64,000 nt of DNA from an uncultured delta proteobacterium (GTDB taxonomy: Bacteria; Desulfobacterota; Syntrophorhabdia; Syntrophorhabdales; WCHB1-27): contig CAWEPK010000005.1 in assembly GCA_963810935.1 (NCBI GenBank), forward strand, positions 306,335-370,334, written 5' to 3'. Position 1 is the first letter of the stretch. Every line of letters begins with the position of its first letter. Positions 11,532 to 22,494 of the stretch are shown here, in pieces. A program made the position numbers and the translations under genes. The notes below the pieces were generated by a model. The model made no database searches. It had not been told where the DNA came from and worked only from the letters and a program-made list of their open reading frames with translations.

Positions 11532-11906
11532 CTATTGCTTCGGCTTCTTGGAGCCGTACTTCGATCTGCTCTTCTTCCTGTTCTGCACGCCGCTCGCGTC
11601 GAGGGACCCCCTGATGATGTGATAACGCACACCGGGAAGGTCTTTGACCCTGCCGCCCCTGATGAGCACCACCGAGTGCTCCTGGAGGTTATGGCCGATG
11701 CCCGGTATGTAGGTGGTCACTTCCATGCCGTTCGTAAGGCGCACCCTTGCGACCTTCCTCAACGCGGAGTTCGGCTTCTTGGGTGTCGTAGTATAAACCC
11801 TGACGCAAACGCCCCTCTTTTGAGGGCAACTGGTAAGTGCAGGCGAGGCGCTCTTCTTTTTGGCGACCTCTCTCCCGAGCCTTACCAACTGATTAATAGT
11901 AGGCAT
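11532..11906 (-). CDS. rpsL: 30S ribosomal protein S12
   Basis: MPTINQL...[10 protein letters not shown]...[10 protein letters not shown]. Confidence 0.99.
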   Translation of the reverse strand: MPTINQLVRLGREVAKKKSASPALTSCPQKRGVCVRVYTTTPKKPNSALRKVARVRLTNGMEVTTYIPGIGHNLQEHSVVLIRGGRVKDLPGVRYHIIRGSLDASGVQNRKKSRSKYGSKKPKQ

Positions 11907-11991
11907 CAATACCTCCAAAAAAATAATCCCTTGTCGAAGGGATGAAAAAAGTACGGACCACAGCGTCAGCTTTTGGGAAAAAAGCTCTGTG

Positions 11992-12021
11992 AGAATATCA
12001 CTTTCATCCTCTCGCTGTCAA
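11992..12021 (-). promoter_or_regulatory. Putative sigma70 promoter of the str-S10-spc superoperon
   Basis: TTGACA-N18-TATTCT with TG extension, upstream of rpsL. Confidence 0.55.
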
Positions 12022-12284
12022 GAGGATTCTTGACTCCCACCTGTAATCTTTATCAGGCAAATGCTTGTGTTTTTTTAAAACGCTGCATACAACCATCTGC
12101 GAACCCGGATAAAGATAAAAGTATCCCCCTTTTTGAGAATATCGCATATTATACTACGCATAAGGCAAAAATGGAAGACTTTCAAGCCCTTACCGTCAAT
12201 TTTTTTGACAGGGCAGGCCGCATGCCCGACTTTTTTACGGCCCGTAGCCTCGCCGGACGTAGGAGATAGGCTGTAAATCGGGGC

Positions 12285-13205
12285 TTATTTCATGAGCGCG
12301 AGGGCGCCTGCGATCTCCGTGTCTCCGCTGAAGGTCGACTTCTTCCCGTCCCGGATTATGATGCACGTAGGGGTCGAGGCCACCTTGTCCTCCCGCATGA
12401 GCGCCGACAGCGCTGCAAAGGTCGGCCTGGTGTCTGTCTCCCTGAATTTGATGTCGTGCGCCTTTAAAAAGTCTTCGAGCTTATCCCGCTCCGTGATTTT
12501 CTGGCTTGCCGCCTCGAAAAGAAGCGCCCTCGACCGCAGCACCTGGTCGAACTTCCTGTCTGCGATCAAAATATAAAGAAAATACTTGGCATAGAGCGGC
12601 GTGTGCGTGTGGATGGGCGTATCGACGAACGTGAGGGTCACGGCGTTTTTGCGCACCAGGTCTTTGAGCACCGGCTCTATCTGCGGCTCCAGGCGGCTGC
12701 ACGGTCCGCAGAAATAATCCGTATAAAGCCTTACCTGGACCTTACCCGTACCGAAAGAGGGCATCAGGACCTCGTCGGCATAGGCAGGCGTCATGGCCCC
12801 CTTGAAAAAAACGAGGCAGAGGAAAAAGCCGATGGCGGCGCAGATGCCCATAAGCGGCAGCCTGGACCGCCTCCAGTTGAAAATGAAGAGGAAGATCAGG
12901 ATGGCCGCGAAGCCTAGGCAATAGGGGCAATAGGTGCCGTTTTTGACCTGGAAGGCCACCAGGTTGGCCTCCACCCCGACACCCAGGGAAAGCACGGCTA
13001 TGTGGGAGGCGTCCCGCCTGAGCAGGACGAGCGCAGCCAGAAGGAGCGCGTAGGCGATGCCGAGGTACTTCAGGTCGATGCCCAGAAAATCCCCTTTCAG
13101 GAACGTGCAGGCCGACCCGCAAAAATTATAGAAAACGATCAGGCCAAGGCCGGCAAGCGGCAAAATAATGTTGACTATCTTTCTCGCGCTCATGGCTTTC
13201 GACAC
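12285..13205 (-). CDS. Membrane protein with VKOR-like domain fused to a thioredoxin/DsbA-like domain
   Basis: Several TM segments with CPYC, then soluble FCGPC domain and cis-Pro-like TPT motif. Confidence 0.7.
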   Translation of the reverse strand: MSKAMSARKIVNIILPLAGLGLIVFYNFCGSACTFLKGDFLGIDLKYLGIAYALLLAALVLLRRDASHIAVLSLGVGVEANLVAFQVKNGTYCPYCLGFAAILIFLFIFNWRRSRLPLMGICAAIGFFLCLVFFKGAMTPAYADEVLMPSFGTGKVQVRLYTDYFCGPCSRLEPQIEPVLKDLVRKNAVTLTFVDTPIHTHTPLYAKYFLYILIADRKFDQVLRSRALLFEAASQKITERDKLEDFLKAHDIKFRETDTRPTFAALSALMREDKVASTPTCIIIRDGKKSTFSGDTEIAGALALMK

Positions 13206-13303
13206 TATTTAAAGTTTAAATGGAGTGCGGGGGGCAAGTCAAGGTGCTAACGCGCGGACCGGTATATTCAGGTTCATTTTCCGCCCCTGCCGCACCTTTT
13301 GAA

Positions 13304-14461
13304 TCAACGCTGTTTAACCCTGACGATGAGCCCTTTCAGGTACTCCGTCTCGGGGATGGTGAGCAGCACCGGGTGGTCCGCCGCCTGCGTCAGCTCGCGG
13401 ACCAGGTAGACATCGGCGCGGCCGTAAGCAGCAATGCGCACCATGTCCCTGAACCTCGACGGCTTCATGTGGTAAGAACACGAAAAAGTGAACAGGTGGC
13501 CTCCCTCGGTGAGGCGCCGCAAAGCCTTCTTGTGCAAGTCTATGTAGCCTCTTTCGCCTTCCTTTATCTTCTTTTTCGATTTTATGAACGAAGGGGGATC
13601 GAGGACCAGAAGGTCGTGCTCCTCCGTCGATTCCTTGAGATAGTCGAAGGCGTCGCTTTTCACGAAGGCGGCCCCTTTCAGGTTGTTAAGTCTCACATTC
13701 TCCCTGCACGCCTCGATCGCCTGGGAGGAGGCGTCGACGAAAACCGCCCTGTGGGCGCCGAAGTGAAGCGCGTAAAGCCCGAACCCGCCCGTGTAGCAGA
13801 AAAGGTCGAGGACGTCGCGGCCTGCCGCAAAGTCCTTCATAAGCATCCTGTTTTCACGCTGGTCGAAGTAAAAGCCCGTCTTGTGGCCGGACATCGGATC
13901 GACCAGGAACTTAAGCGGCCCAACTTTGATGACTGCGTCCCTTTTTACGTCTCCATAGACCACGTCCGTATAAGGAGTAAGCCCCTCTTCCGCCCTTCCG
14001 GCGCCCTCGTTGCGCAGCACGATTGCCGCAGGCGCGAGCACTTTTTTTACCGCCGCGACGATCGGCTCCTTAAGCCTCTCCATGCCCTGGGTGACGATCT
14101 GCACGACCGCCTGGTCGTCGTACTTGTCGATGATAAGACCGGGAAGAAAGTCCGACTCGGAGTTGACGACCCTGAAGCTGCCTTCATAGAGGCCCGCCCT
14201 GAGCTTCAACGCCTCCTCGATGCGGCGGGCAAAAAACGCCTCGTCCGGCTCGATGTGCTCGCAGGCAAGGAGGCGCACGGCGATCAGGCTCTTACCGTTA
14301 TAATAGCCCGTGCCCAGTAGGCGGCCGCGCTCCCCTGCCACCTCGACGGTCGAGCCGTCCGGCAGGCCGGCAGGCTTCGAGCGGACCTGGTTGCTGAAGA
14401 TCCAGGGGTGGCCGGCTGTGACCGATTCCTCGGCCGTCTTGTCTACTATCACGCGTTCCAT
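13304..14461 (-). CDS. Class I SAM-dependent rRNA m5C methyltransferase (RlmI family)
   Basis: GHPWIF PUA domain, HKTGFYFDQR, DLFCYTGGF, LDPPSF, PETEYLK. Confidence 0.88.
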   Translation of the reverse strand: MERVIVDKTAEESVTAGHPWIFSNQVRSKPAGLPDGSTVEVAGERGRLLGTGYYNGKSLIAVRLLACEHIEPDEAFFARRIEEALKLRAGLYEGSFRVVNSESDFLPGLIIDKYDDQAVVQIVTQGMERLKEPIVAAVKKVLAPAAIVLRNEGAGRAEEGLTPYTDVVYGDVKRDAVIKVGPLKFLVDPMSGHKTGFYFDQRENRMLMKDFAAGRDVLDLFCYTGGFGLYALHFGAHRAVFVDASSQAIEACRENVRLNNLKGAAFVKSDAFDYLKESTEEHDLLVLDPPSFIKSKKKIKEGERGYIDLHKKALRRLTEGGHLFTFSCSYHMKPSRFRDMVRIAAYGRADVYLVRELTQAADHPVLLTIPETEYLKGLIVRVKQR

Positions 14462-14580
14462 AAGCACAACGTCCGCCTAAATGAGCGGCGGTTCCCTGCT
14501 GTTTTCCCCCTCAGGGCCTGTTTACGAAAGTCGGGGAAGGATTAAGTTTCAGAGTATGGTTTCCCCTGTACGGCATGTTT

Positions 14581-15654
14581 TCAAGTATGTTTTACTTCTC
14601 TTCCAATGCGTTTTATATCAATATCCTTGAATCTATAATACAGATATGTCAGTTTTGACCACATGTCGGCATCGAATTCATCACTCCGAATGTATGCGTT
14701 TTGCGGAAGCATGTCGGGGTAAGCGTCTTCCAACAGCAGTCGATTCAGAGCTTTTCTACGTCTTTGCTCTGAACCATCCAGGCGGGAGAAGTTTTTCCTC
14801 CTCGACTGCCACGTCTTGTCACTAAGAAATCGGGCCTGCTCGCAAAGCTTTAGACTGTTCTTGGTTTTAACAATCCTTTGCTCCAGGTTAGGTATCTTCA
14901 AGAAATCATTTAGCGCGTCAATGGGCCGGTAGTTGGTAGGACGTTGTCCAACCCGAATATCTTTGGAAATTACGTCATAAGCAAGGCGGATAGCTTCTTC
15001 CGCGTTCTCGCACCTACCCGATGCAAATTCTTCTTCACAAAAATCAGGGTCGCCTATGTATCTCTTTATCCCTTCATTCTCGAAAGTCTCGACAACATAA
15101 TAGGAAAACTCTTCATAGGCCATGTCCGTATCAATTAAATGCTTTTCTTCAAATAATCCTATGTCCTCGAAGGGGCCAAGCAGAAAATCGTCTATTTCCA
15201 CTTCCAGATAATATTTCTTCTCCGACAAGTGTTCCCTAAGTTCCGCCGGGAACGTCGCTAAGATTCGTTTGTCATCAACTGCAAAATAGGCCATTTCAAT
15301 CTTAGAAGATCCTGAGACATCCTCCCCTGGAACTGTACCTGAAATCTCTTTGTAAATAAGTCGATCTTCTATTACGTGATCTACCAAGATTCTCGTTTGT
15401 TCAGTAAAGAAGTCATTCTTGAGCCGGTGAATGAAATCGGTACTATTCGTTTTGGCGATATTGCTCAACTGATAATAAGCGATCAACGCCAGAAGCGTTG
15501 TGAAGGCGACCCCCAGGGACGCTCCCAAAAGTCCACTATGCCAAGAGGCTGCACAAGTCACATTCCAATAATAGAAAACTCCCCAAAAGAAAAACCCAAG
15601 CGGCGCCGCGAAGAGAATCAGCAGACCGGCCAAAACAAAGCGCTGGTTTTTCAT
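14581..15654 (-). CDS. Hypothetical membrane-anchored protein, AT-rich
   Basis: 357 aa ORF, two N-terminal hydrophobic helices, visibly AT-richer than its flanks. Confidence 0.65.
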   Translation of the reverse strand: MKNQRFVLAGLLILFAAPLGFFFWGVFYYWNVTCAASWHSGLLGASLGVAFTTLLALIAYYQLSNIAKTNSTDFIHRLKNDFFTEQTRILVDHVIEDRLIYKEISGTVPGEDVSGSSKIEMAYFAVDDKRILATFPAELREHLSEKKYYLEVEIDDFLLGPFEDIGLFEEKHLIDTDMAYEEFSYYVVETFENEGIKRYIGDPDFCEEEFASGRCENAEEAIRLAYDVISKDIRVGQRPTNYRPIDALNDFLKIPNLEQRIVKTKNSLKLCEQARFLSDKTWQSRRKNFSRLDGSEQRRRKALNRLLLEDAYPDMLPQNAYIRSDEFDADMWSKLTYLYYRFKDIDIKRIGREVKHT

Positions 15655-15906
15655 GTCTCTATATTAGCCCACAAACAGGTAAAAGGCAATCTACCTACAT
15701 GTTTCTTAAATAGTACATTCAAGGTCTCAAGGAATCACGCAAGGTTCCACGGATCACCCCTAATAGGAAACACAGCAGCCACTTTCCGACCACGTCAGCT
15801 ACGCCACCCCTCACCCCACCCGCTCCCCCTATCGGGGGCGAGTGAAATATATAGAGGCACGATAGAATTGGGAAGTGGTGGGCAAGGCAAGTTGCAGCGA
15901 CCCAAC

Positions 15907-16042
15907 GGGCGTGCAGCCGGAGAGATTTCCGATGGATTTCGCGTTGCTTTTCGACCAAGCGAGCCGCAGCGTACGTTTTGTGTACGTGAGGACTCGCGCC
16001 CGAGAAAACGACGCGAAAGGCGCGGAAAGATCCCGGCCGCCC
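15907..16042. repeat. Long imperfect palindrome (MITE/REP-like)
   Basis: Nested arms TTTCGCGTTG(15937)/CGACGCGAAA(16018), GCGAG/CTCGC, CGTAC/GTACG. Confidence 0.6.
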
Positions 16043-16107
16043 ACCCACAAATGCCGGCTGCTTCCGTGCAACCCCCATTTGTGCTATATTATGATAACCA
16101 ATTCAGC

Positions 16108-17112
16108 ATGGAGGTCCACCAAGACTTATTGGAAGAGAAAACCGAAGAAGAGGTAGTGCAGCTATCTTTTGACGACACGCACCTCGCCCGCAACCTGTTC
16201 GGCCCCCGCGACGAGAACATAAAATATCTCAAAAAATATTTTGATGTCAGGACCAGCGTACGGGGAACGCACCTCACCCTCGTCGGCAAAAAGCGGGACG
16301 TAGAAAATACGAGCAAGGTGATACACGAGCTTGCAGGGCTCGTCAAGAAGGGTTTTCCCGTAAACCCGTCCGACATCGACCATGCCGTCCGCTTCGTGGC
16401 CCACACCCAGCAGAGCGTGGACGAGCTTTACCAGGACCAGATCTACATCCCACCTTCGCGGAAGGTGGTCATACCCAAAACGAAAAACCAGAAGTCCTAC
16501 ATCCAGGCCATACGCAAGCACGACATCGTCATAGGCATAGGCCCGGCCGGGACCGGCAAGACTTATCTCGCCATGGCCATGGCCCTGTCCGCCTACTTCA
16601 ACAAGGAGGTATCGCGGATCGTCCTGACGCGGCCGGCGATAGAGGCGGGCGAGAAGCTCGGTTTCCTTCCCGGGACAATGTACGAGAAGGTCAATCCTTA
16701 CCTGCGGCCCCTCCACGACGCCCTTTACGATATGGTGGACATGGACAGGGCCGGCCGGCTCATCGAAAAGGGCATTCTGGAGATAGCGCCCCTTGCCTTC
16801 ATGAGGGGCAGGACGCTCAACGACGCCTTCGTCATCCTCGACGAGGCGCAGAACACGGGTTCCGAGCAGATGAAGATGTTCCTCACCCGCCTGGGCAACT
16901 CATCGAAGGCGGTCATCACCGGAGACATAACGCAGATCGACCTGCCCCAGAAAAGCTCGTCGGGGCTCGTGGAGATACAGGCCATACTTAAAGGCATCAA
17001 GGGGCTGCAATTCATATATTTTACGGAGAAGGACGTGGTGAGGCACCCTCTCGTCCAGAAGATCATCAGGGCCTACGAAAAGAGGGCGGCGGCGGACAGG
17101 AGCAAGGTATGA
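16108..17112 (+). CDS. PhoH family ATPase
   Basis: [38 protein letters not shown]; start approximate. Confidence 0.93.
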   Translation: MEVHQDLLEEKTEEEVVQLSFDDTHLARNLFGPRDENIKYLKKYFDVRTSVRGTHLTLVGKKRDVENTSKVIHELAGLVKKGFPVNPSDIDHAVRFVAHTQQSVDELYQDQIYIPPSRKVVIPKTKNQKSYIQAIRKHDIVIGIGPAGTGKTYLAMAMALSAYFNKEVSRIVLTRPAIEAGEKLGFLPGTMYEKVNPYLRPLHDALYDMVDMDRAGRLIEKGILEIAPLAFMRGRTLNDAFVILDEAQNTGSEQMKMFLTRLGNSSKAVITGDITQIDLPQKSSSGLVEIQAILKGIKGLQFIYFTEKDVVRHPLVQKIIRAYEKRAAADRSKV

Positions 17113-18818
17113 AGAGCGAAAAGGATAAACCTCCCTCGCGCCTCGCACTCAAGAAATACCTCGTTATTTGCGTCTTTTCCCTAATCCTGGCCGCAATAGC
17201 CAATATGAAGGTCCCCATAATCCTGGAGCGATACCAGGTGGGCGACATAGCGGCAAGGACGGTAAGGTCGAGCACGGACTATGTCGTGCCGGAATCGGGC
17301 ACGGCCGTGCGGAAAGGCGAGGTGATCGTCCGGGAAGGCCAGAAAATAAGCCGGGAAGACAACGAGAAGATGGCCTCCCTCCGCCAGATAGAGCACAAAA
17401 AGAAGCCGTTTACCCGCCAGGCATTCTTCCTTTTCCTCATATTCTTTTCCCTCATCACCATAATTTTCGAGTTTGCGGACAGGAACGTCAAAAAATTCCA
17501 CTTGTCCCTTAAGGATTTCATTTTCGCGGCTTCACTGACCGTCTTTACGGTCTTCCTGCTGAAGCTCTGGATCATCGTCTTCGAAAGGTTCGCGCCGGAG
17601 TATGCCTCGCTCCTGTTTTACATATTCCCCCTCTTTCTTTTCGGCATCGTCATGAGGATCATACTATTTTCGGAGGCGGTCCTCGTCTTTTCGACCATCC
17701 TGGCGGCAGCGGTCGCCTTTACGGTAGGGAACGGCAACGCCCTGCCCGTCTTTATCTATGCCTTCCTCGGCAACCTTGTCGCCTCCTATTTTTCGGGCCA
17801 GGTCGAAAGGCGCTCGACGATGCTCGGCGCAGGCTTCTTCGCGGCCGTCGCCATGTCTTTCGTCGTCTTCTTCTTCCATCTGCTGTTGGCGTATCCCTTG
17901 ACCGACCTGCCGCTGAAGATAACGCTGCTGCTTCTGGGCGGCGCAGGCTCGAGCCTTATGACTGCCGGCCTCCTGCCGCTTATAGAGAGCCTCTTCGATT
18001 ACACGACAAACTTCAAGCTCCTGGAGCTTGCGAACCTGGAGCACCCGCTCCTCGAGCAGATGATGGTGTCCGCCCCCGGCACGTACCACCACAGCATACT
18101 GGTCGGCAACCTCTGCAAGGTCGCGGCGGAGAGCATCGGCGCCCACCCGATACTTACCAGGGTCGCCGCGTATTACCACGACGTAGGCAAGCTGAAGAAG
18201 GCCCATTATTTCATCGAGAATACGAAAGACCAGGACGCCCACAAGAACCTTTCGCCCCGCATGAGCAGCCTCATCATCCTATCGCACGTCAAGGAAGGGG
18301 TAGAGCTTGCGCAGGAGTACCGCCTCGGCAAGAAGATATACGAGATCATCCACCAGCACCACGGAACGAGCTTGGTGACCTATTTTTACCAAAGGGCGAA
18401 AGAGATGGAGGACCCGGAGCTGTCGGCTATCGACGAGAAGGACTTCAGGTACCCCGGACCGAAGCCGCAGACGAGGGAGGCAGGGATAGTGATGCTTGCC
18501 GACGCTGTCGAGGCTGCGTCCCGCACGCTTGACGACCCCAGCCCCAAGAGGATCGAGACCCACGTGCAGAATATCATCGAGCAGATATTCTTAGACGGCC
18601 AGCTCGACGAGTGCGAGCTGACGCTCAAAGACCTCCATGCGATACAGAAGAGCTTCATCACCATTCTGATAGGCATCTTCCACCAGCGTATAGAATACCC
18701 GGAAAGGACCGACGATGACGGCGCTGATAAGAGATTCCCAAGGCTTGTTGAAGCTGGACAAAAAGCGGCTAAAAAGAATAACAGAGGATTTGCTCGTCTA
18801 TTCAGGGCTGCGGGATAG
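17109..18818 (+). CDS. 7TM-HD (HDIG) phosphohydrolase, PgpH-like
   Basis: TM bundle then [31 protein letters not shown]. Confidence 0.9.
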   Translation: MKSEKDKPPSRLALKKYLVICVFSLILAAIANMKVPIILERYQVGDIAARTVRSSTDYVVPESGTAVRKGEVIVREGQKISREDNEKMASLRQIEHKKKPFTRQAFFLFLIFFSLITIIFEFADRNVKKFHLSLKDFIFAASLTVFTVFLLKLWIIVFERFAPEYASLLFYIFPLFLFGIVMRIILFSEAVLVFSTILAAAVAFTVGNGNALPVFIYAFLGNLVASYFSGQVERRSTMLGAGFFAAVAMSFVVFFFHLLLAYPLTDLPLKITLLLLGGAGSSLMTAGLLPLIESLFDYTTNFKLLELANLEHPLLEQMMVSAPGTYHHSILVGNLCKVAAESIGAHPILTRVAAYYHDVGKLKKAHYFIENTKDQDAHKNLSPRMSSLIILSHVKEGVELAQEYRLGKKIYEIIHQHHGTSLVTYFYQRAKEMEDPELSAIDEKDFRYPGPKPQTREAGIVMLADAVEAASRTLDDPSPKRIETHVQNIIEQIFLDGQLDECELTLKDLHAIQKSFITILIGIFHQRIEYPERTDDDGADKRFPRLVEAGQKAAKKNNRGFARLFRAAG

Positions 18819-19167
18819 GGACCTGAGCATCCTTTTTACGGACAACAAGGAAATAGCTGCCCTCAACCGCAAGTGCTTCGGCAAGGATTCTCCGACGAAC
18901 GTGATCTCCTTTTCCTACCTCGACGGCTTTTCGTCCGAGGTGGCGGGAGACGTTATAATCTCTGTGGAGCAGGCGCAGAAAGAAGCGCTTGCGGCCGGCG
19001 TGCCCTTTTACGAAAGGCTCCTGTCCCTTATCGTCCACGGCCTCGTTCACGTGCTCGGCTTCGACCATGAAAAAGGCGGGCCGGAGGCGCGCAGGATGCG
19101 GTACAGGGAGCACAAGCTGATGGCATATGCTACGGAACTTCCTGCATATAAAGATATCGGCCTCTAG
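18715..19167 (+). CDS. ybeY: rRNA maturation RNase YbeY
   Basis: PTNVISF, HGLVHVLGFDH motif. Confidence 0.92.
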   Translation: MTALIRDSQGLLKLDKKRLKRITEDLLVYSGLRDRDLSILFTDNKEIAALNRKCFGKDSPTNVISFSYLDGFSSEVAGDVIISVEQAQKEALAAGVPFYERLLSLIVHGLVHVLGFDHEKGGPEARRMRYREHKLMAYATELPAYKDIGL

Positions 19168-20638
19168 CCGCCTCGCCGTGCTGTCGGGCGCGCTGCTGGT
19201 CGTCTGCCAGCCGCCAGTCTCGCAGTTCTACCTGGCGTATATCGCCCTGGCGCCCCTTTTCTTCGCCCTGGAACGGAAGCGGGGAGGCCGCAACTTTGCA
19301 AACGGCTTCATTTGCGGCGTTGTCTCTTACGTGGGCCTCGTCTACTGGGTAGTAGTCGCGATGAACAGGTTCGGCGGCATAAGCATGCCGCTATCCGTTG
19401 CGACCATGCTCCTTCTCGTGCTTTACATTTCCCTGTTTACGGGCGGATTTGCATGGCTGATCGGGTTCTTACGCGACCGCCTCGACCTCCCCATCGCCCT
19501 GACCGCCCCTCCCGCATGGGTGCTCCTCGAATACCTCCGTGGGTGGTTGCTCTCCGGCTTCCCCTGGTCCTTCCTCTCCCATTCGCAATATAATTTCCTG
19601 CCCATCGTGCAGGTTTCCTCGGTCGCAGGCGCCTATTTCCTTTCCTTCCTTATCGTGGCGGTGAACTGCCTGGTATACGGGGTGGTCGGCCGCAGGCGCT
19701 TGACCGTAGCTTACGGCGCGTTTGTCGCCTGCCTCTTCTTCGCCTGCCTTGCCTTCGGCCTTTACCGCCTCGGCCAGCCGATGAAGCCCGACATGCAAAC
19801 GGCGATTATCCAGGGCAACGTCCGGCAGGACGTCAAATTCGACGAGGCATACCGGGCAGCTATTATCGATAAATACGCCAACCTTACCCTCCTTCATTCA
19901 AGGCCGTCCGACCTCGTAGTCTGGCCGGAGACTGCGATGCCCTTCGTCTTCGACCCCGACCACGCGGGCGGCCCGATCCGCAGCCTTCCGGTGATGCGCG
20001 GGAACACCCTTCTCTTCGGCACGATATCGAAAGACGCCGCGGGCCGGTTCTACAATGCCGCCTACGCTATCGGGAAAACGGGCAAGGTTTTCAATCCGTA
20101 TTTGAAGAACCACCTCGTCCCGTTCGGCGAGTATACGCCCCTGGCCGATTACTTCCCTTTTCTGCGTGAAATGAGCGTCGCAGCCGGCGATTTCTCTTTT
20201 GGCCCGTCGCACGACCCGATACGCACGGACGCCGGGAGGGTCGGCGTGCTCATCTGCTATGAGGGCGTCTTCCCGCACATTACGGTGGACACGGTGAGGA
20301 GGGGCGCGCAGGTGCTCGTCAACATGACGAACGACGCGTGGTTTGGGAAGTCCTCGGCACCTTACCAGCACTTCGCGGCCTACATCTTCCGCGCGGTCGA
20401 GACGGACCGGTACGTGCTGCGGGCTGCGAATACGGGGTTGAGCGCGATCATCGACCCGCGCGGGCGGACGGTGGCGGAGACGGGGCTGTTCGAGACTGCC
20501 GTGCTGCGGGGGGCATACGGGCTGCGGGACAGCGAGACGTTCTATGTCCGCCACGGGGATTGGTTCCTGCTGCTGGCGATGATTATGCTGGCTGTGGCTG
20601 TAGCTGTACGAGTCGTTGCCGTTTTGCGTGGAAGATAG
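19127..20638 (+). CDS. lnt: Apolipoprotein N-acyltransferase
   Basis: GFPW, VWPETA, KNHLVPFGEY, ICYE, TNDAWFG. Confidence 0.95.
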   Translation: MLRNFLHIKISASSRLAVLSGALLVVCQPPVSQFYLAYIALAPLFFALERKRGGRNFANGFICGVVSYVGLVYWVVVAMNRFGGISMPLSVATMLLLVLYISLFTGGFAWLIGFLRDRLDLPIALTAPPAWVLLEYLRGWLLSGFPWSFLSHSQYNFLPIVQVSSVAGAYFLSFLIVAVNCLVYGVVGRRRLTVAYGAFVACLFFACLAFGLYRLGQPMKPDMQTAIIQGNVRQDVKFDEAYRAAIIDKYANLTLLHSRPSDLVVWPETAMPFVFDPDHAGGPIRSLPVMRGNTLLFGTISKDAAGRFYNAAYAIGKTGKVFNPYLKNHLVPFGEYTPLADYFPFLREMSVAAGDFSFGPSHDPIRTDAGRVGVLICYEGVFPHITVDTVRRGAQVLVNMTNDAWFGKSSAPYQHFAAYIFRAVETDRYVLRAANTGLSAIIDPRGRTVAETGLFETAVLRGAYGLRDSETFYVRHGDWFLLLAMIMLAVAVAVRVVAVLRGR

Positions 20639-20695
20639 GGTCGAAAAGCTGAACCAATGCTTTTTGCGGCCGGACCCTGCTCCGGTTCGTCGCCG

Positions 20696-22427
20696 CTAAT
20701 GAGTGCTGCCGAAGGGCCGCGCGCGCTTATGCTGCTCCGGCTTTGCATATTGAATGAGGGAGCGGTGGGCCTTTCGTTCCTGAAAAGACTTGGCTACGTG
20801 CAGCTTCTCCCCGGTGACGGGATGCTTTTCCGTATAGTACATGCAGGCCGAGAGGGTCATGGGCAGGGGGGTGAAGTCCTGCACCTGCTCCGGCCGCATG
20901 TGCCGCCGCTTGAGATATGACGCAAGCTCCTCTTCGTCCCTGAGCGTTGCTCCCGGATGGGAGCTTATGAAGTAGTTGACGAGGTAAATGTTTTTCCCCG
21001 TTTTCTCGCGCAATTCCCGGAAGCGCTCGACGAAACGTTCGTACACCTGGAAATCAGGCTTGTTCATGGCACCGAGCACGCGGCTTACCGAATGTTCCGG
21101 CGCCACCTTCATCTGGCCTCCCACGTGGTGCCTGCATATGTGCTCAAAATAGTCGCCCGCCTCTTCCCCGACGAGAAGGTCGTACCGGAGGCCGCTCTCT
21201 ATGAACATATGCTTCACCTTCGGCAGGTTGAGTATCGCGCGGTAGAGGCGTATTGCGTCGTTGTAGCCGAGCTTGAGGGCCGTGCACTTTTCGGGCAGTA
21301 GACAGACTCCGGTCTTTACAGCCGCCGTCCTTTGCCCACCGGGCGCACCGGGCCCGATAAAGATTGGCGGTAGGCCCGCCCACGTCCGTAATCGTTCCCT
21401 TGAACCCTTTCATCCCGGAAACCGCCCGCGCTTCCTTAAGGACCGATTCGATACTCCTCGATTGGACGATCCTTCCCTGGTGCATCGACAAGGAGCAGAA
21501 ACTGCACGAGCCGCAGCAGCCCCGGTGCGACACAAGAGAAAACCGTGTCGTCTCGAAGCCCGGCACGCCGCCTTGCTTTTCATAAGAGGGATGGGGCGTC
21601 CGCAAGTAGGGAAGATTATAGATAGCGTCAAGCTCCTTTTCAGCCAACGGCCGGGCAGGGGGGAACTGCACCACGAAGCGGTTATTATGCCGTTGCAGCA
21701 AGGCTTTTCCCCTGAAAGGATCCTGGTTTTGCGCGATGAGCATAAAAGCTTTATTGAAGGCATCCTTATCGTCCGCGACCTCTTCATAAGATGGAATCTC
21801 TACCGACTCCGACGTGGGCGCGGAGGCCCCCTGCACAATGACGGTGCCCGGTATGCCCGCCAGATCGGTCCCCTTATCGAGCCTGCGGGCGATCTCCAGG
21901 ACCTGCGTCTCTCCCATTCCGTAAACCAGAATATCGGCCTTCGCGTCCAGGAGTAACGACCTTCGCACCTTGTTATCCCACCAATCGTAGTGCGCCAGTC
22001 TTCGAAGGCTGGCCTCGATGCCCCCTAAAATGATGGGGATATGACCAAACGCCTCCCGCACGCGATTGGCGTAGACGACCGTCGCCCTGTCTGGACGCAA
22101 TCCGGCCCTTCCCCCCGGAGAATAGGCGTCCCGCAGGCGGGCTTTCTTGTGTGACGTGTAATTGGAGACCATGGAGTCGAGGTTGCCGGCGGTGATCCCG
22201 AAAAAAAGCCTGGGGGCGCCGAGACGCATGAAATCGCGGGTACTTCTCCAGTCCGGCTGGGCTATAACACCGACCCGCAGACCGGCCGCTTCCAGCACCC
22301 TCCCGATGACCGCAGTCCCATAGGAGGGGTGGTCAACATAAGCATCACCGGAAACCAGGATAACATCGAGCGCATCCCAGCCCCTCTCCCGCATCTCCTC
22401 TCTAGTCGTCGGCAGAAAATCGGACAT
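20696..22427 (-). CDS. YgiQ family radical SAM protein (frameshift at ~21306)
   Basis: [36 protein letters not shown] split across two frames. Confidence 0.9.
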
Positions 22428-22494
22428 GGAGATAGTGTACCAGATTTAAGGGGCGGCAGGGCGAGCCCCGGCCCAAAGCACCGGTATAGCACTT

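Noticed and set aside
5243..14320. Long plus-strand ORFs antisense to rplB, fusA, rpsG/L and rlmI (e.g. 404, 516, 383, 366 aa)
   Set aside because: Shadow ORFs expected from GC-rich codon bias; no recognisable motifs
15791..15811. CACGTCAGCTACGCCACCCCT as a degenerate GTCCCC end near the AT-rich orphan gene
   Set aside because: Core is disrupted, it points away from the gene, and no partner end was found; too weak to claim
15376..16107. 244-aa N-terminal extension of PhoH in the ORF track
   Set aside because: Runs through palindromic intergenic DNA and overlaps the opposite-strand gene; PhoH-like sequence starts near 16108
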